DNA of 64,000 nt from a virus (lineage: Duplodnaviria; Caudoviricetes), in IMG/VR virus record IMGVR_UViG_3300002485_000004, positions 6,563 through 70,562 of that record, one strand, 5' to 3'. Each line of letters begins with the position of its first letter. Within the stretch, counting starts at the first letter, position 1. The notes beneath the pieces are model-generated. The model was given only the letters and a program-made list of their open reading frames with translations, was not told where the DNA came from and did not search any database. A program made the position numbers and the translations under genes. Shown piece after piece: positions 9,619 through 19,095 of the stretch.

Positions 9619-9790
9619 AAGCGATGGGTGCTGCAAGTACTTCTACGGTTTCCCTCCGCCTTTGCAGCTTCTACCAAGAGACCCCGAGAACTGTGGGCGT
9701 GCAAGGGGGCGACTTCGTAACGGAACCCATCTCCCGTAAGTGAATAGTCCCAGCAGGTTTAATGATTCTGGTTCTTTCTCTATCCACTCG

Positions 9791-9864
9791 TCCGGATGGC
9801 TGGATTTGAACCAGCAACAACCGACTCCCAAAGCCGGTCCTCTACCAAGTTGAGGTACACCCGG
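9791..9864 (-). tRNA. trnP: tRNA-Pro(TGG)
   Basis: CCGGGTG/CATCCGG acceptor; CCGGC-TT-TGG-GA-GTCGG; GGTTCAAATCC T-arm. Confidence 0.93.
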
Positions 9865-9971
9865 GTGCTGGGGCAGTTTCTCGACTTGCCCCAGGTCGCC
9901 TCGCATGACCGATGCTCCGACGGTGCGGTGCAGCGCGAGTCACCGAGATTTATTCCCCTTGTCGGGGTTGC

Positions 9972-10271
9972 CTAGCCAGTCTTGTTGTTCCAGGCCGCTG
10001 TTTTCATCTCGCAGCGGCAGCCACGTTCAGTGTTGACGCACGACCAGGCGCCCCGAGCCTGCGCGTCTAGACTAGCCGATGAGGAGCCCAAGCGCTGAGC
10101 TCCAGGGGGCGACCGGGCAAGATGCTCCGGTTGCTCTCCACCACTTCCCCGGTTACCCGGGAGAAGACTCTCGTCCATCTTCCTTCGGTGCTGCCTGAGC
10201 ACCACTAGGAAGAGTAGCAGGGCCGCCGTCAACACAACCGCGAGGGCAAATGCCGTTTCCATCCAGTTCAT
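9972..10271 (-). CDS. Membrane-anchored hypothetical protein
   Basis: N-terminal hydrophobic helix FALAVVLTAALLLFLVVL followed by RQHRRK. Confidence 0.5.
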   Translation of the reverse strand: MNWMETAFALAVVLTAALLLFLVVLRQHRRKMDESLLPGNRGSGGEQPEHLARSPPGAQRLGSSSASLDAQARGAWSCVNTERGCRCEMKTAAWNNKTG

Positions 10272-10352
10272 CTCCGCAGCCTCCGCAGCAGCACGGGCAC
10301 TGCCTCGTGTCGATGTCGTGAAAGTCCTCGCACAGCACGCAGTATACGGCTC

Positions 10353-10619
10353 TCATCCCACCCCTTCGTGCCGCTGTCCCATGGTCTTGACCACCATGTC
10401 GATCCATTTCTGAACCGTGAACCCCATTGGGAGAGCCGTCACCACTTCGTCGTCGATGCAGATGTCCAGCTCCTCTTCCAAGAAGAGCGTGATGTACATG
10501 AGATCGAGCTCGTCCAGCTTGTAGCTGTTGAACGTAACGTCGTTCTTGACCTCGTTCTTCGGGACGCCGCAGAACTCCTGCAGTGCTTGATGAACCAGAG
10601 CCTCTACCTTCTTCTCCAT
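10353..10619 (-). CDS. Acyl-carrier-protein-like protein (DEL in place of DSL)
   Basis: MEKKVEALVHQALQEF..GVPKNEVKNDVTFNSYKLDELDLMYITLFLEEELDICIDDE...TVQKWIDMV aligns by eye to ACP; start taken at ATG 10619. Confidence 0.75.
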   Translation of the reverse strand: MEKKVEALVHQALQEFCGVPKNEVKNDVTFNSYKLDELDLMYITLFLEEELDICIDDEVVTALPMGFTVQKWIDMVVKTMGQRHEGVG

Positions 10620-10620
10620 C

Positions 10621-11055
10621 CTATTTCCTCTCCCAACTAGAACGGCGTCCGGGGCGCACAACATCCTCTGGAGCCGACCCGTGGGCCACACGGTACCGAA
10701 GAGTGCTGTGCGGAACTCCCGTAATCTCACTCCATTCCGCCAACGTCTTCGTCTCACCTCCGACCGTCAAGAACACGTTCTTTGAACTATTCCTGTTCTG
10801 CGTCCTGCGGTCCGTCCAGCGTATGTTACCAGGCTCGTACCCTCTATTGTTGTCAATACGGTCGAGCGTAAGTCCAGCGGCAGGCTTAGGCCCAACATGC
10901 TGAAAGAAGCGAGCGAAGCCGCCACTACCCAGCCAATCGCTATGCACCTTAACACCACGGCCACCGTAGTCCTTGTACTGCCTGAACTTCCTATTGGTGC
11001 AGCGCTGCACCATGTTCTGCCACGCCATATACTCAGATGTTCTATCGGAGGACAT
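10621..11055 (-). CDS. HNH homing endonuclease-like protein
   Basis: EYMAWQNMVQRC...YGGRGVKV...TLDRIDNNRGYEPGNIRWT..TQNRN, followed by a C-terminal HTH. Confidence 0.85.
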   Translation of the reverse strand: MSSDRTSEYMAWQNMVQRCTNRKFRQYKDYGGRGVKVHSDWLGSGGFARFFQHVGPKPAAGLTLDRIDNNRGYEPGNIRWTDRRTQNRNSSKNVFLTVGGETKTLAEWSEITGVPHSTLRYRVAHGSAPEDVVRPGRRSSWERK

Positions 11056-11067
11056 CTACCTCCTTAG

Positions 11068-11425
11068 AGGACCCGTCGGGAGTTGAACCCGAATCCGCAA
11101 AGTTCTGTTCGCTTCCTCTTCACATGCTTGGCTGCTTAACCCTGCAGCGGGTTGTAGCGGCTTGGTAAGTGACCCGCCTCGTAGGACCGCCGAAGTATCT
11201 CGACCGGAGCCCGGCATCCCAGCTCGCTCTCTCGGTCCAGCCCTTGTTGGGTTTACGCCTCGGGGGGTACTAGGACTCCTACCCCGTCAACGGCCGGGTG
11301 GCTTACGCCACGTCGGCAAGATAGTTGTCGTTGGCAACTAGCTGATGCCCACTTTTATTAAGGCTGTGTGAGCCCAGCCTGCATGCAGAAGTGTTCTTTC
11401 CTCCACGTCGAAACCGGTCGGGCCC
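11068..11425 (-). ncRNA. ssrA: tmRNA
   Basis: 5' GGGCCCGACCGGTTTCGAC; 3' GGGTTCAACTCCCGACGGGTCC with G3:U70 pair; tag frame TAGTT-GCC AAC GAC AAC TAT CTT GCC GAC GTG GCG TAA (11303-11335). Confidence 0.92.
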
Positions 11426-11508
11426 GGAATAGAAGACGGCTGGGAGCAAGCCCCCATTGAGCCCTCGGGCGCCGTCCAATAAAGCATGTGCCGCGTGAAG
11501 TAGCCGTG

Positions 11509-14500
11509 TCAAGAAGTTCTTATCAACCCGTTGACGATGGCCCTCTCTCGCATGAGCTCCCGGCGCACCCTGCCCAGCTCCTCGTCCAGCTGGTACTTCG
11601 ACTCCTCCGCCTGCGCCTTGATCCTGGCGGCGGACATGTTGGTGGAGCTGATGACCTCGTTCAGCTTGTCTTCCCTACGCTGGAAGTCCAAGACCTGCTG
11701 GTACTTCTCCGTGGCCAACTTCCTGATGTCCACGTCCTGCGCCATGACCAGCTCCACCAGCTTGGCCTTGCTCATCTTGTTCAATGCAGACTTCTTCATC
11801 CTCATCTCCTCTTTGCTGTTATACCCCTCCTTCCTCGATTCTTTCTTTCCTTGGCGTTGGCTGCCTTCAACTGAGCGCTGAGTCGGGCAAGGGAGCTCTC
11901 GGCGCCATCGTATCGTGCCTGGTACACGGTGAGGTACTCCTTCAAGTTATCCACCACTCGCTGCGTTTCCTTCACCAACGCGCGCACGCAAGCTGACTCC
12001 GTGGCCAAGCAGGATGCGTAGCGGTCTCCCTTCAACTCTCGCGGACTGGTGACGATCAAGCTTGCGTACCTGTTGTCCTGCACGAACCGAATGTTGGTTA
12101 CCTTGCCATGGGAACTGACTACCCACCCGGTCCCGCGCAGCGGGTACTTGCGCTTCTTTGCGGCCTTCTTCACGCCACTACCCTCGTCACTTTCCACTCC
12201 ACGTCGACCTCAACGAACCTACCTACCAAGGGCTCTGACATCACAAAGCACCTGCTGTGGTCCTGCTCCAGCTTCAGACCCAGAAAGGTGCCCGAGGACT
12301 CCAGCCCCATGCTTCTGAGGTATAGCTGGAGGCGGCCGTAGGCGGGGTAACACAGGCGCAGTATCGCCGGGGTCGCATCGAGGGCACGTAGCTTGTACAT
12401 CGCCTCTGCAACGGCTTTCTTCATCACCGTTCCATAGTCCCCCAAGCACCCAAGTAGATCCCGCTGGTAACTCTTGACGTCCTCCTCAGTGAACGTGACG
12501 AACGGAGTTACCAGCTCAGGACCTTTGAAGTTCTTGCTTCTGGGAGTCGCAAGCACACAGTCGGGACGCCACGAGGGCTCCACGTGCTCCATGAAGTAAC
12601 CAACGGCCCAATCGATGCTTCTGTCTTGAAGCACCGTCACCACGTTGGGTATCTCTACAATCCGGTAGTTGATCCATTGCTCTTCTCTGATCATGTCAAA
12701 GCCACCCTTTCTTCTTGGCGATCCACTCGGTCACAATAAGCGTGCCCTCGTTACCTACTTCGTACACCTCGCTGTCTTCCGTGATCTGACTCTTGGGGAG
12801 CCAGCACTTCCCAGGCTCGTCCTCGCCGTCGAACTCCTCACACGTCTTCTGCATGAGGAGCGACTTGCCGTTCTTGGATTCGGCGATGCACGTCACGTGC
12901 TCGATGTCGTAGCCTGGCGTCACTTTTTCCTCTGTTCGGTTTCCCACCTCTTGTAGTGGTCCGAGGTCTTGTACAGACCGATGGCAGAGATTGTACGATT
13001 CGCAGCCTTGTCGCCGAGAATGAGCATGTAGTTGTTTTCGATGTCCCACCACCCGTCGAACTTGGAGTGGCTGAACGAGCCTTCAATAGAGCCCGGCTTG
13101 AACAAGGACTCCTTGAGGTAGGTGAGCTCCTTCAGGCGCGTCGTTCCGTCTTTCAGCCCAGGTACCAGGCGCTGGATGTCGTCTACGCACTCCGTTTTGG
13201 AGAGGATGTACAGCCTTCGTCCATCGTGAGCAATGACCTTTGGCTCCACAGGCGTGACGACGTAGCGGTCTAACTCACGCGTTATCTCCCGCAGTGATTG
13301 TGGTAATGCCCCATACTCAAACTCAGCGGCGCCCATGTAGTCCAGGCTCCACATTTGGTCGAAGCCTGCGGGTTCGTTCTGATGACGCAGCTTCATACGC
13401 TGAATCAAGTAGGGTCGGATGTCCTCTTTCATTTCTCCTCCAAGCGCTCTCGAGCGCATTGTTCACAGCCCTCGACAATGGTGTTGAACGACGTGTGCCC
13501 GTGCTTCGGGCAGTTGTCCATCCACCAGCCGTTCCTGGAGCCCGGCATGCTAGCGGGACTTCTGGTCGCCTCTGCTCTTCTAGCGTGCTCGTCCAGCTTC
13601 ACACCCGTCTGATACGCCACTACTTCCTCCTCTAGCAATCCCGGAACCGAGCTCGATCTGGAAACGCCTTCTTGAACACCTCCAGGCACTCTTGGCACAG
13701 CGACATGCTCCCACGCATGCCATCTGGGCCTGGCTTCAGCTCCGTGGCGATGACCACCGGCGCCTTCTCACAGCGAACCATGGAACGGGGGCCGAAAGTC
13801 ATGAAGCTGCCCTCCCTGCTCTCGCCCTGACACCGCTTCAGGTCTGGAGGAATCAGCTTCTTGCTTCCCTTCTCCGCTATATCTCGTCCCTTCTTAGCAA
13901 GGAACGGGATGATGACCTTCCTAATGTGGCCTACGATAGCCACTTCAATAGCCGACTCGTCGAAGCAGTTGTCCATCTCCTCACCTAACACCTCAGCCGC
14001 CCGTCGCCAGGCACGTGCGCGAAGCTCACTCTTCGTGAGTTCTACACAAACCGCCACGTGCTTGGAGAGGTTGGTCTCGGAGATGCTCCGGTCGCAGTAA
14101 GGACACTCAACCTTCTTCAGGTTTCCTTGTACTGTCATCTTCTTCCTTCGAGGACAGCCCTAGCCGTCTCACTCCATGGGGGTTCATGAACATTGCACCT
14201 ACTTCATCTTCTTCCCACATCCTCTTGTGAATACCGTGTAGTACCACTAGGTTCGTACCCATGGTGCCAAGGATGTCGTGGTTTGGACCCTGAGCGACGA
14301 GGGCCTCGATGTCCCGCTTCAAACCGTCGAGGCAGTTATGTAAAACGTACACTTCCTTCACGGTGGGCTTTCGCAAAGCTTCTCCTCTCCATCCCAATCC
14401 GGGTGCTTGCACTTCATGTGCGCGGCAAGCTGCTTGAACGTGCGCTTGCAGCAGGGGCACACACCGTTCTTCACGCGCTCAGACTGGTTTCGCAGCTTGC

Positions 14501-16135
14501 CCTTGGCGAGCTTCTCAGCGCGTCTAGCAGTCCTCGCGCGCGCATCGGCGTGCTTGACCTCTTGCTGAGCCCACTCCTTCTCCTTGATGGCGCGGTCGCG
14601 CTCCTTGGTGAGCTTGTCCACGGCGCTCTCTCCAATGCTGAGCCTGTGCCCACGAGGGCAATGAAAGGATGCCCCATGCTCTTTGCAGATCTTGTAGAAG
14701 CCGCTAGGAACCGCGAACTGAATGCCGCATCCCTCTCGTGCCCAGCACGTCAACGACGTGAGCTCCTGCGTCAGGTAAACTGGCTCTCCCATGGCTACTT
14801 CTCCCGGATGGTAACGTTGTGGATCTTCACGCCGACTATGCCAATACGGTCCTTATCCACAATGTGGCTATTACCAAGCAAAACTCCGCTAATCAGCTGC
14901 TTTGCTTCCTCTGTGGCGCGCTTCTCTACCTGCATCAAAGTAGTCTCGACGCTGCAGTTGACGCCCACGTTGACCACCATCTCGACGGATACCTTCACCT
15001 CAACGATTGGGTTATCCATCCTACTTCTCCTCGTCGTACAGGAGCTCTTTAGGAACCCGCAAGCCGCTTACGGCCTTGTCATGCAGATCTTGTATGTCCT
15101 GCATATACCCGCGCAGAGAAACCTTACCGACGGGACCTTCAGGGTACTTCACGTCTTCCTCCGGCATCACGTACACGGTGAAGTACCCACCTCTCACGTG
15201 GAACTCTGGACGCCCTGAGTTGGGGTCCCCGGTACGCGCTTGACGAATGAGGCTTTCCGCCAGGTGCAACGCCTCATTAGGGCTGAGCGTCACCACCGTC
15301 CACGGAATGCCTTCACGGTATGTAGCAAGTTCCAGCTTCATGATTCCTCGTCTTCTGCCTTCGGGGCAGCTACCTCACGTGGGGCAGAGACGACAGCCTC
15401 TTTCTGCCGCCATAGCGCCACAGCTCTCTCAGACCGTGTACCCGGCCCTTCTGCTAGCTCAGCGCAATGCGCCCTCCACCACTGGAGGCACTTCTGATAG
15501 GGCCACCCGGACACACGCTGAATGGCCCTAGACACACTCGTACCGCTCATCCGACCTCCTTGCTGGGCTGTAGCTCCTTGAAGAACACAGGCTGCGAAGA
15601 GTTGTAGGGGATGCCCTCCTTACGAAGGTACTCCCGGTACTCCTTGGACACGCGGCCCAAGCGGTAGATGGTGCCGCCCTTGGTGGTGACAAACCGCCCG
15701 TCTATCCGTTCGATGGCGCTCGTCTTCACCTTGTGCCCATCCGGGAAACGGGGGTGCCCGTAGGCAGCCCCCGCCAGCACCGAGTAGTTGAGCTCTGGCG
15801 GCAGGTAGAAGGATTCCTCGCCTCGATACCGAAGGCGCACCAACCAATCCTGCAGGACTACTACCCTAGTAATCTCCACTGATCCGTTCACTGGATGTGT
15901 CTGCATCATCCTTCTCCACTTGGCGGCCACTCTCGCGAATGACGTACTCACCCAGCGCTTGATGGAACTTGCGGGCGCACTCCAGCTTCATGGTGAACGA
16001 GGACACCTCCCCGTACACGGAGTCGCAAGCTGCAAGTTTGACCAAATCTAGACCATCCGGGTCTTGGCTGATCTGAAAGTAGCCCCCGTTGCTGTCGTCG
16101 TATACGCGCATGATGACCTCGATGCTGTAGCCCAT
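11509..16135 (-). other. Run of about 13 tightly packed small hypothetical phage ORFs
   Basis: Abutting or overlapping minus-strand ORFs (11509-11805, 11802-12197, 12170-12694, 12696-12923, 12920-13432, 13429-13698, 13632-14138, 14358-14792, 14795-15019, 15021-15341, 15338-15550, 15547-15951, 15866-16135). Confidence 0.7.
14358..14792 (-). CDS. Zinc-finger / coiled-coil phage protein
   Basis: CWAREGC, CPRGH, CPCCKRTFKQLAAHMKCKH. Confidence 0.65.
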   Translation of the reverse strand: MGEPVYLTQELTSLTCWAREGCGIQFAVPSGFYKICKEHGASFHCPRGHRLSIGESAVDKLTKERDRAIKEKEWAQQEVKHADARARTARRAEKLAKGKLRNQSERVKNGVCPCCKRTFKQLAAHMKCKHPDWDGEEKLCESPP

Positions 16136-16143
16136 GGCAGAAC

Positions 16144-16485
16144 CTAGTACCCTTCCGTGGTGCCCACGTCCTCGAAGATCACGGGAACCATTCCTCGTAG
16201 CTCTTTGAGCAACGGACGCATCACCTCGTACATCTGAGGGTGCGCTCGCTTGGAGGTGCGCATCCTGAAGATGTGCCTCCACTCGCGGAAGTTGGCAGAG
16301 ACCACAATCTCCGTCTTCAACGAGTTGGGCAGCACCGACCTCGCCTCCTGTGGCTTGTCGCCGGCGGCGATGAGGTCCGCGTAGATATGCTCCGCGAACT
16401 CCATGGCCTGCTTCCATAGGTGGAACTTGACCACGTTCTCCTCAGAGTCCGGGTGCTCCCAGAACGACGGAGTTACTAGCCGCAT
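16144..16485 (-). pseudogene. thyX: C-terminal half of flavin-dependent thymidylate synthase (ThyX fragment)
   Basis: PQEARSVLPNSLKTEIVVSANFREWRHIFRMRTSKRAHPQM is the ThyX C-terminal signature; the RHRx7S motif is absent. Confidence 0.75.
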
Positions 16486-16488
16486 GGT

Positions 16489-16944
16489 TCAGAAGCCCCG
16501 GACCGCAGCGACGACGATGTCCAAGATGTCCACCAGCATGTCCCTGGTGAGCTTGGTAACCCGACGAGCCAGGAGCTCTTTACTGGCCGCGCTCATCTCT
16601 GCCGGCGCCTTGGGGAGGTCAGCAAACGGCTCGACGAGGAACACCTTCTTCTTGGGCTGAGGAACACGGCGCTCCCCGCTAGCGGCACTCGTCGCCGGTA
16701 AGTCCGCAGACGGCTTGCGCGTGGCAAAGGGCATTGGGTCGCGCTCGAGCGGCAACTTCGCCGCCTTGAACAGCTCTGGGCGCTTCATGATGAGGTTCAG
16801 CTCATTCTCCACGCGCCCCTGAATCTTGACGCCGTGCTCCCAATGAGCCACCGCGCCACGTCCTACTCCCAACATCCTCGCCACCTGGATCTGGGTGTAC
16901 CCATTGTCCTTGCGCCACTTGATCAACTTACTCGCGGATATCAT
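16489..16944 (-). CDS. XRE-family HTH protein
   Basis: LIKWRKDNGYTQIQVARMLGVGRGAVAHWEHG. Confidence 0.8.
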   Translation of the reverse strand: MISASKLIKWRKDNGYTQIQVARMLGVGRGAVAHWEHGVKIQGRVENELNLIMKRPELFKAAKLPLERDPMPFATRKPSADLPATSAASGERRVPQPKKKVFLVEPFADLPKAPAEMSAASKELLARRVTKLTRDMLVDILDIVVAAVRGF

Positions 16945-17697
16945 CTTCCTCTTCCCTTTCCATCTGCTCCACCTGCTCGAGCACCTTCGCGTCCTCTAGC
17001 CACTCCGGGTTGTTCTCACGAATCCACTTGGCCACGTTCACAACGATGGGCGGATTTACCGCTTCGCACGTCCACACGTCGTACGTCTTGATGATGCCGT
17101 CCACGAACGCCTTGGCCAGGTCCTTGGCACTGGCAGCACGCTCGGTGGCCTCCTCTGGGTCCCCATAGTTCTCGTCTAGGTACTCGTATATGTTCTCCAG
17201 AGCCTCCTCCACGCACGCCTCCCTATCAGCGTTCGTGATCTCATTGCGCACGTAGCGATGCACCTCAACTGTTGATGGCAAATCGTCGAGGCAGTCTAGG
17301 TACTCCTCTACGGCATCGTCGATGTCAGTGTTCGTAAGACGATCAGCATCTGAGCACGAGTAATACTCACCCACAGTGTCTTTTGTCTGCTCTTCCATCA
17401 GTACACCCTGCACCTTCCATGAAGTACGGCCTCATCCTCGTGAAGGCCAAAAAGTGTGTCCATCTCCAAGCGCAGTATTCCGACCAGCGCATCGCACTTG
17501 GTGCAATGGGCGTCGGACTCGTACGCCTGGTTGTCTGAAGCGATGCGCTTGTTTACCCCGCGCACTAAGTACTCGGGGTGCCCACACTTGGGGCAAGGAC
17601 CACCTGGCACGGCGGAGAGCGCTCCCCTCTCCGGTATCTTCAGGCGGGCCTTCGGCTTTTCATCCGTAACAAGAAACAGCTTGGGCCAGTCGGCCAC
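16928..17697 (-). other. Two hypothetical ORFs (16928-17413 acidic; 17398-17697 zinc-ribbon)
   Basis: ORF track; CPKC...CTKC in the second ORF. Confidence 0.6.
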
Positions 17698-17703
17698 CTA
17701 CAC

Positions 17704-18378
17704 CTATCCCTTCTCCGCTCTCTGCATCAAGTCCTTGATGACCAAGTTGTCGCCCGCCATGACCTCTTCACGCGTGGCCGGTTCTGACACAGTGTGCGGC
17801 TCACTGAGTCCCTGCGTCGCCGCATAGAAGTTGAGGAGCTGGCTGCTCATGTCGTACTTCTTGGCTGGGACGATTATGTACCCGGACGCCTTGAGCTCTT
17901 CCTCGAGTCGGTCGTAATCGCCGGTGAGGACCCCTGGGTACAAGAGGGCAATCGCCGCGTGCAGCAGTGGGATACCGCTGTGTGAGCTAGTGCCCAGCAC
18001 GACGCAGTCCAGCTGATCGTTGCCATAGTCTCTGTTGGGCATTGACCACGGGAAGGGTCGGTCCGGAAACACGCTGGTGATGTACAAGCGCTCTTGCGGA
18101 TGAATGTTCTTTGGGTTCACCAGGAAGGTGTAGACCAACGTACTCTGCAGCACCGCATCCAGCCCAGGCCCCAACACGCCCTTCAACGGGTGCGTCACCT
18201 GCATCACCCCCAGCAGCCGATACTCAGAGGGGAGCACCGCCCGAACCACGTACGCCTTGTTCTTGTCGGCCTCCGCTGGGTTGATGTCCGGCATCAAACA
18301 CCAGAACTCTCGCGTCCCCGTCAGGTTCCTGAATGCACCAGAGGGCGCAGCTGCGCCCTCCTCTCTACTCTCTTCCAT
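17704..18378 (-). CDS. Hypothetical protein
   Basis: Likely start ATG 18378 after an AAGGGG SD, immediately downstream of the structured RNA. Confidence 0.65.
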   Translation of the reverse strand: MEESREEGAAAPSGAFRNLTGTREFWCLMPDINPAEADKNKAYVVRAVLPSEYRLLGVMQVTHPLKGVLGPGLDAVLQSTLVYTFLVNPKNIHPQERLYITSVFPDRPFPWSMPNRDYGNDQLDCVVLGTSSHSGIPLLHAAIALLYPGVLTGDYDRLEEELKASGYIIVPAKKYDMSSQLLNFYAATQGLSEPHTVSEPATREEVMAGDNLVIKDLMQRAEKG

Positions 18379-18392
18379 GTTTACCCCTTGTT

Positions 18393-18652
18393 GCTGTTGT
18401 CCAGAAAGGAACAATCGAACGAACCGAGCTTCCCTGTCAGACGCCCCGAGGGGCTACCTGGCGCGGCGCTCGCCTGCTGACGCAGGCTCCTTCCGCATAG
18501 AGTCCGGTTCGGCGCAGCGGCGCGCCTACAATGGGGACCCGTCCAGGACTCTTTCAGCTATGGCTTGGGCTGCGCACCCCTTCCCACGTTCGCTGTGGGT
18601 TTCGCCACGCCCGGCACGAGACTCGTTCGACTGCTCCTTTCTGGACAACAAC
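18393..18652 (-). ncRNA. Candidate ~260-nt structured non-coding RNA closed by a 30-bp stem
   Basis: Arms 18393-18422 and 18623-18652 pair over 30 nt; all three non-Watson-Crick positions are G-U on the minus strand. Multiple internal helices; fills the whole intergenic gap. Confidence 0.75.
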
Positions 18653-18654
18653 GG

Positions 18655-19047
18655 CTACGTTGTACCCCGCCCATGCTTGGCAAGGCAACCTTTTATTGCG
18701 ACCATCAGCTCTTCCGTGGCTGAGCCCTTGCGCTTCAGCAGCTCAGACATCAGCAGGCTCACGATCTTCTTGTCGTCGCCCTTGAACTCCTTCACCAAGC
18801 GGCGCCATGTGGCCGACGACCCCGAGAGCTCCCACAGCAAGTACAGCCAGACGGGCACCCAGCTTCCCCTCGGGTAGGCGCTCACGGGCACCATCCAGTC
18901 GTCCAAGTGCCGGCGCATCTCGTGCTCTGGATGCAGGTGGTAGTACCCGCGCTTGGGGAAGTAGTTTTCGGCTAAAGCATCCGTCTCTACGATGCGGCCC
19001 GCTCGGTGCAAGTCCGGCCGAAACACGTTGTACTTGGCCATGGCCAC
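18655..19047 (-). CDS. Hypothetical protein
   Basis: 130-aa ORF directly after the minus-strand promoter motif. Confidence 0.6.
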   Translation of the reverse strand: MAMAKYNVFRPDLHRAGRIVETDALAENYFPKRGYYHLHPEHEMRRHLDDWMVPVSAYPRGSWVPVWLYLLWELSGSSATWRRLVKEFKGDDKKIVSLLMSELLKRKGSATEELMVAIKGCLAKHGRGTT

Positions 19048-19052
19048 CGTTC

Positions 19053-19082
19053 TTATGCCACAAACCCGAAGGGGTTTGCAGG
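19053..19082 (-). promoter_or_regulatory. Phage promoter motif CCTGCA-N17-GGCATAA
   Basis: Exact motif on the minus strand, with a UUCG hairpin in the spacer. Confidence 0.65.
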
Positions 19083-19095
19083 AGAAACGTGTTGG

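Noticed and set aside
18393-18652. RNase P RNA, group I/II intron or c-di-GMP riboswitch
   Set aside because: Lacks GAGGAAAGUCC, the P7 R/S elements and group II domain V. The GGCGAAACC segment resembles c-di-GMP-I only superficially. It does not interrupt a gene.
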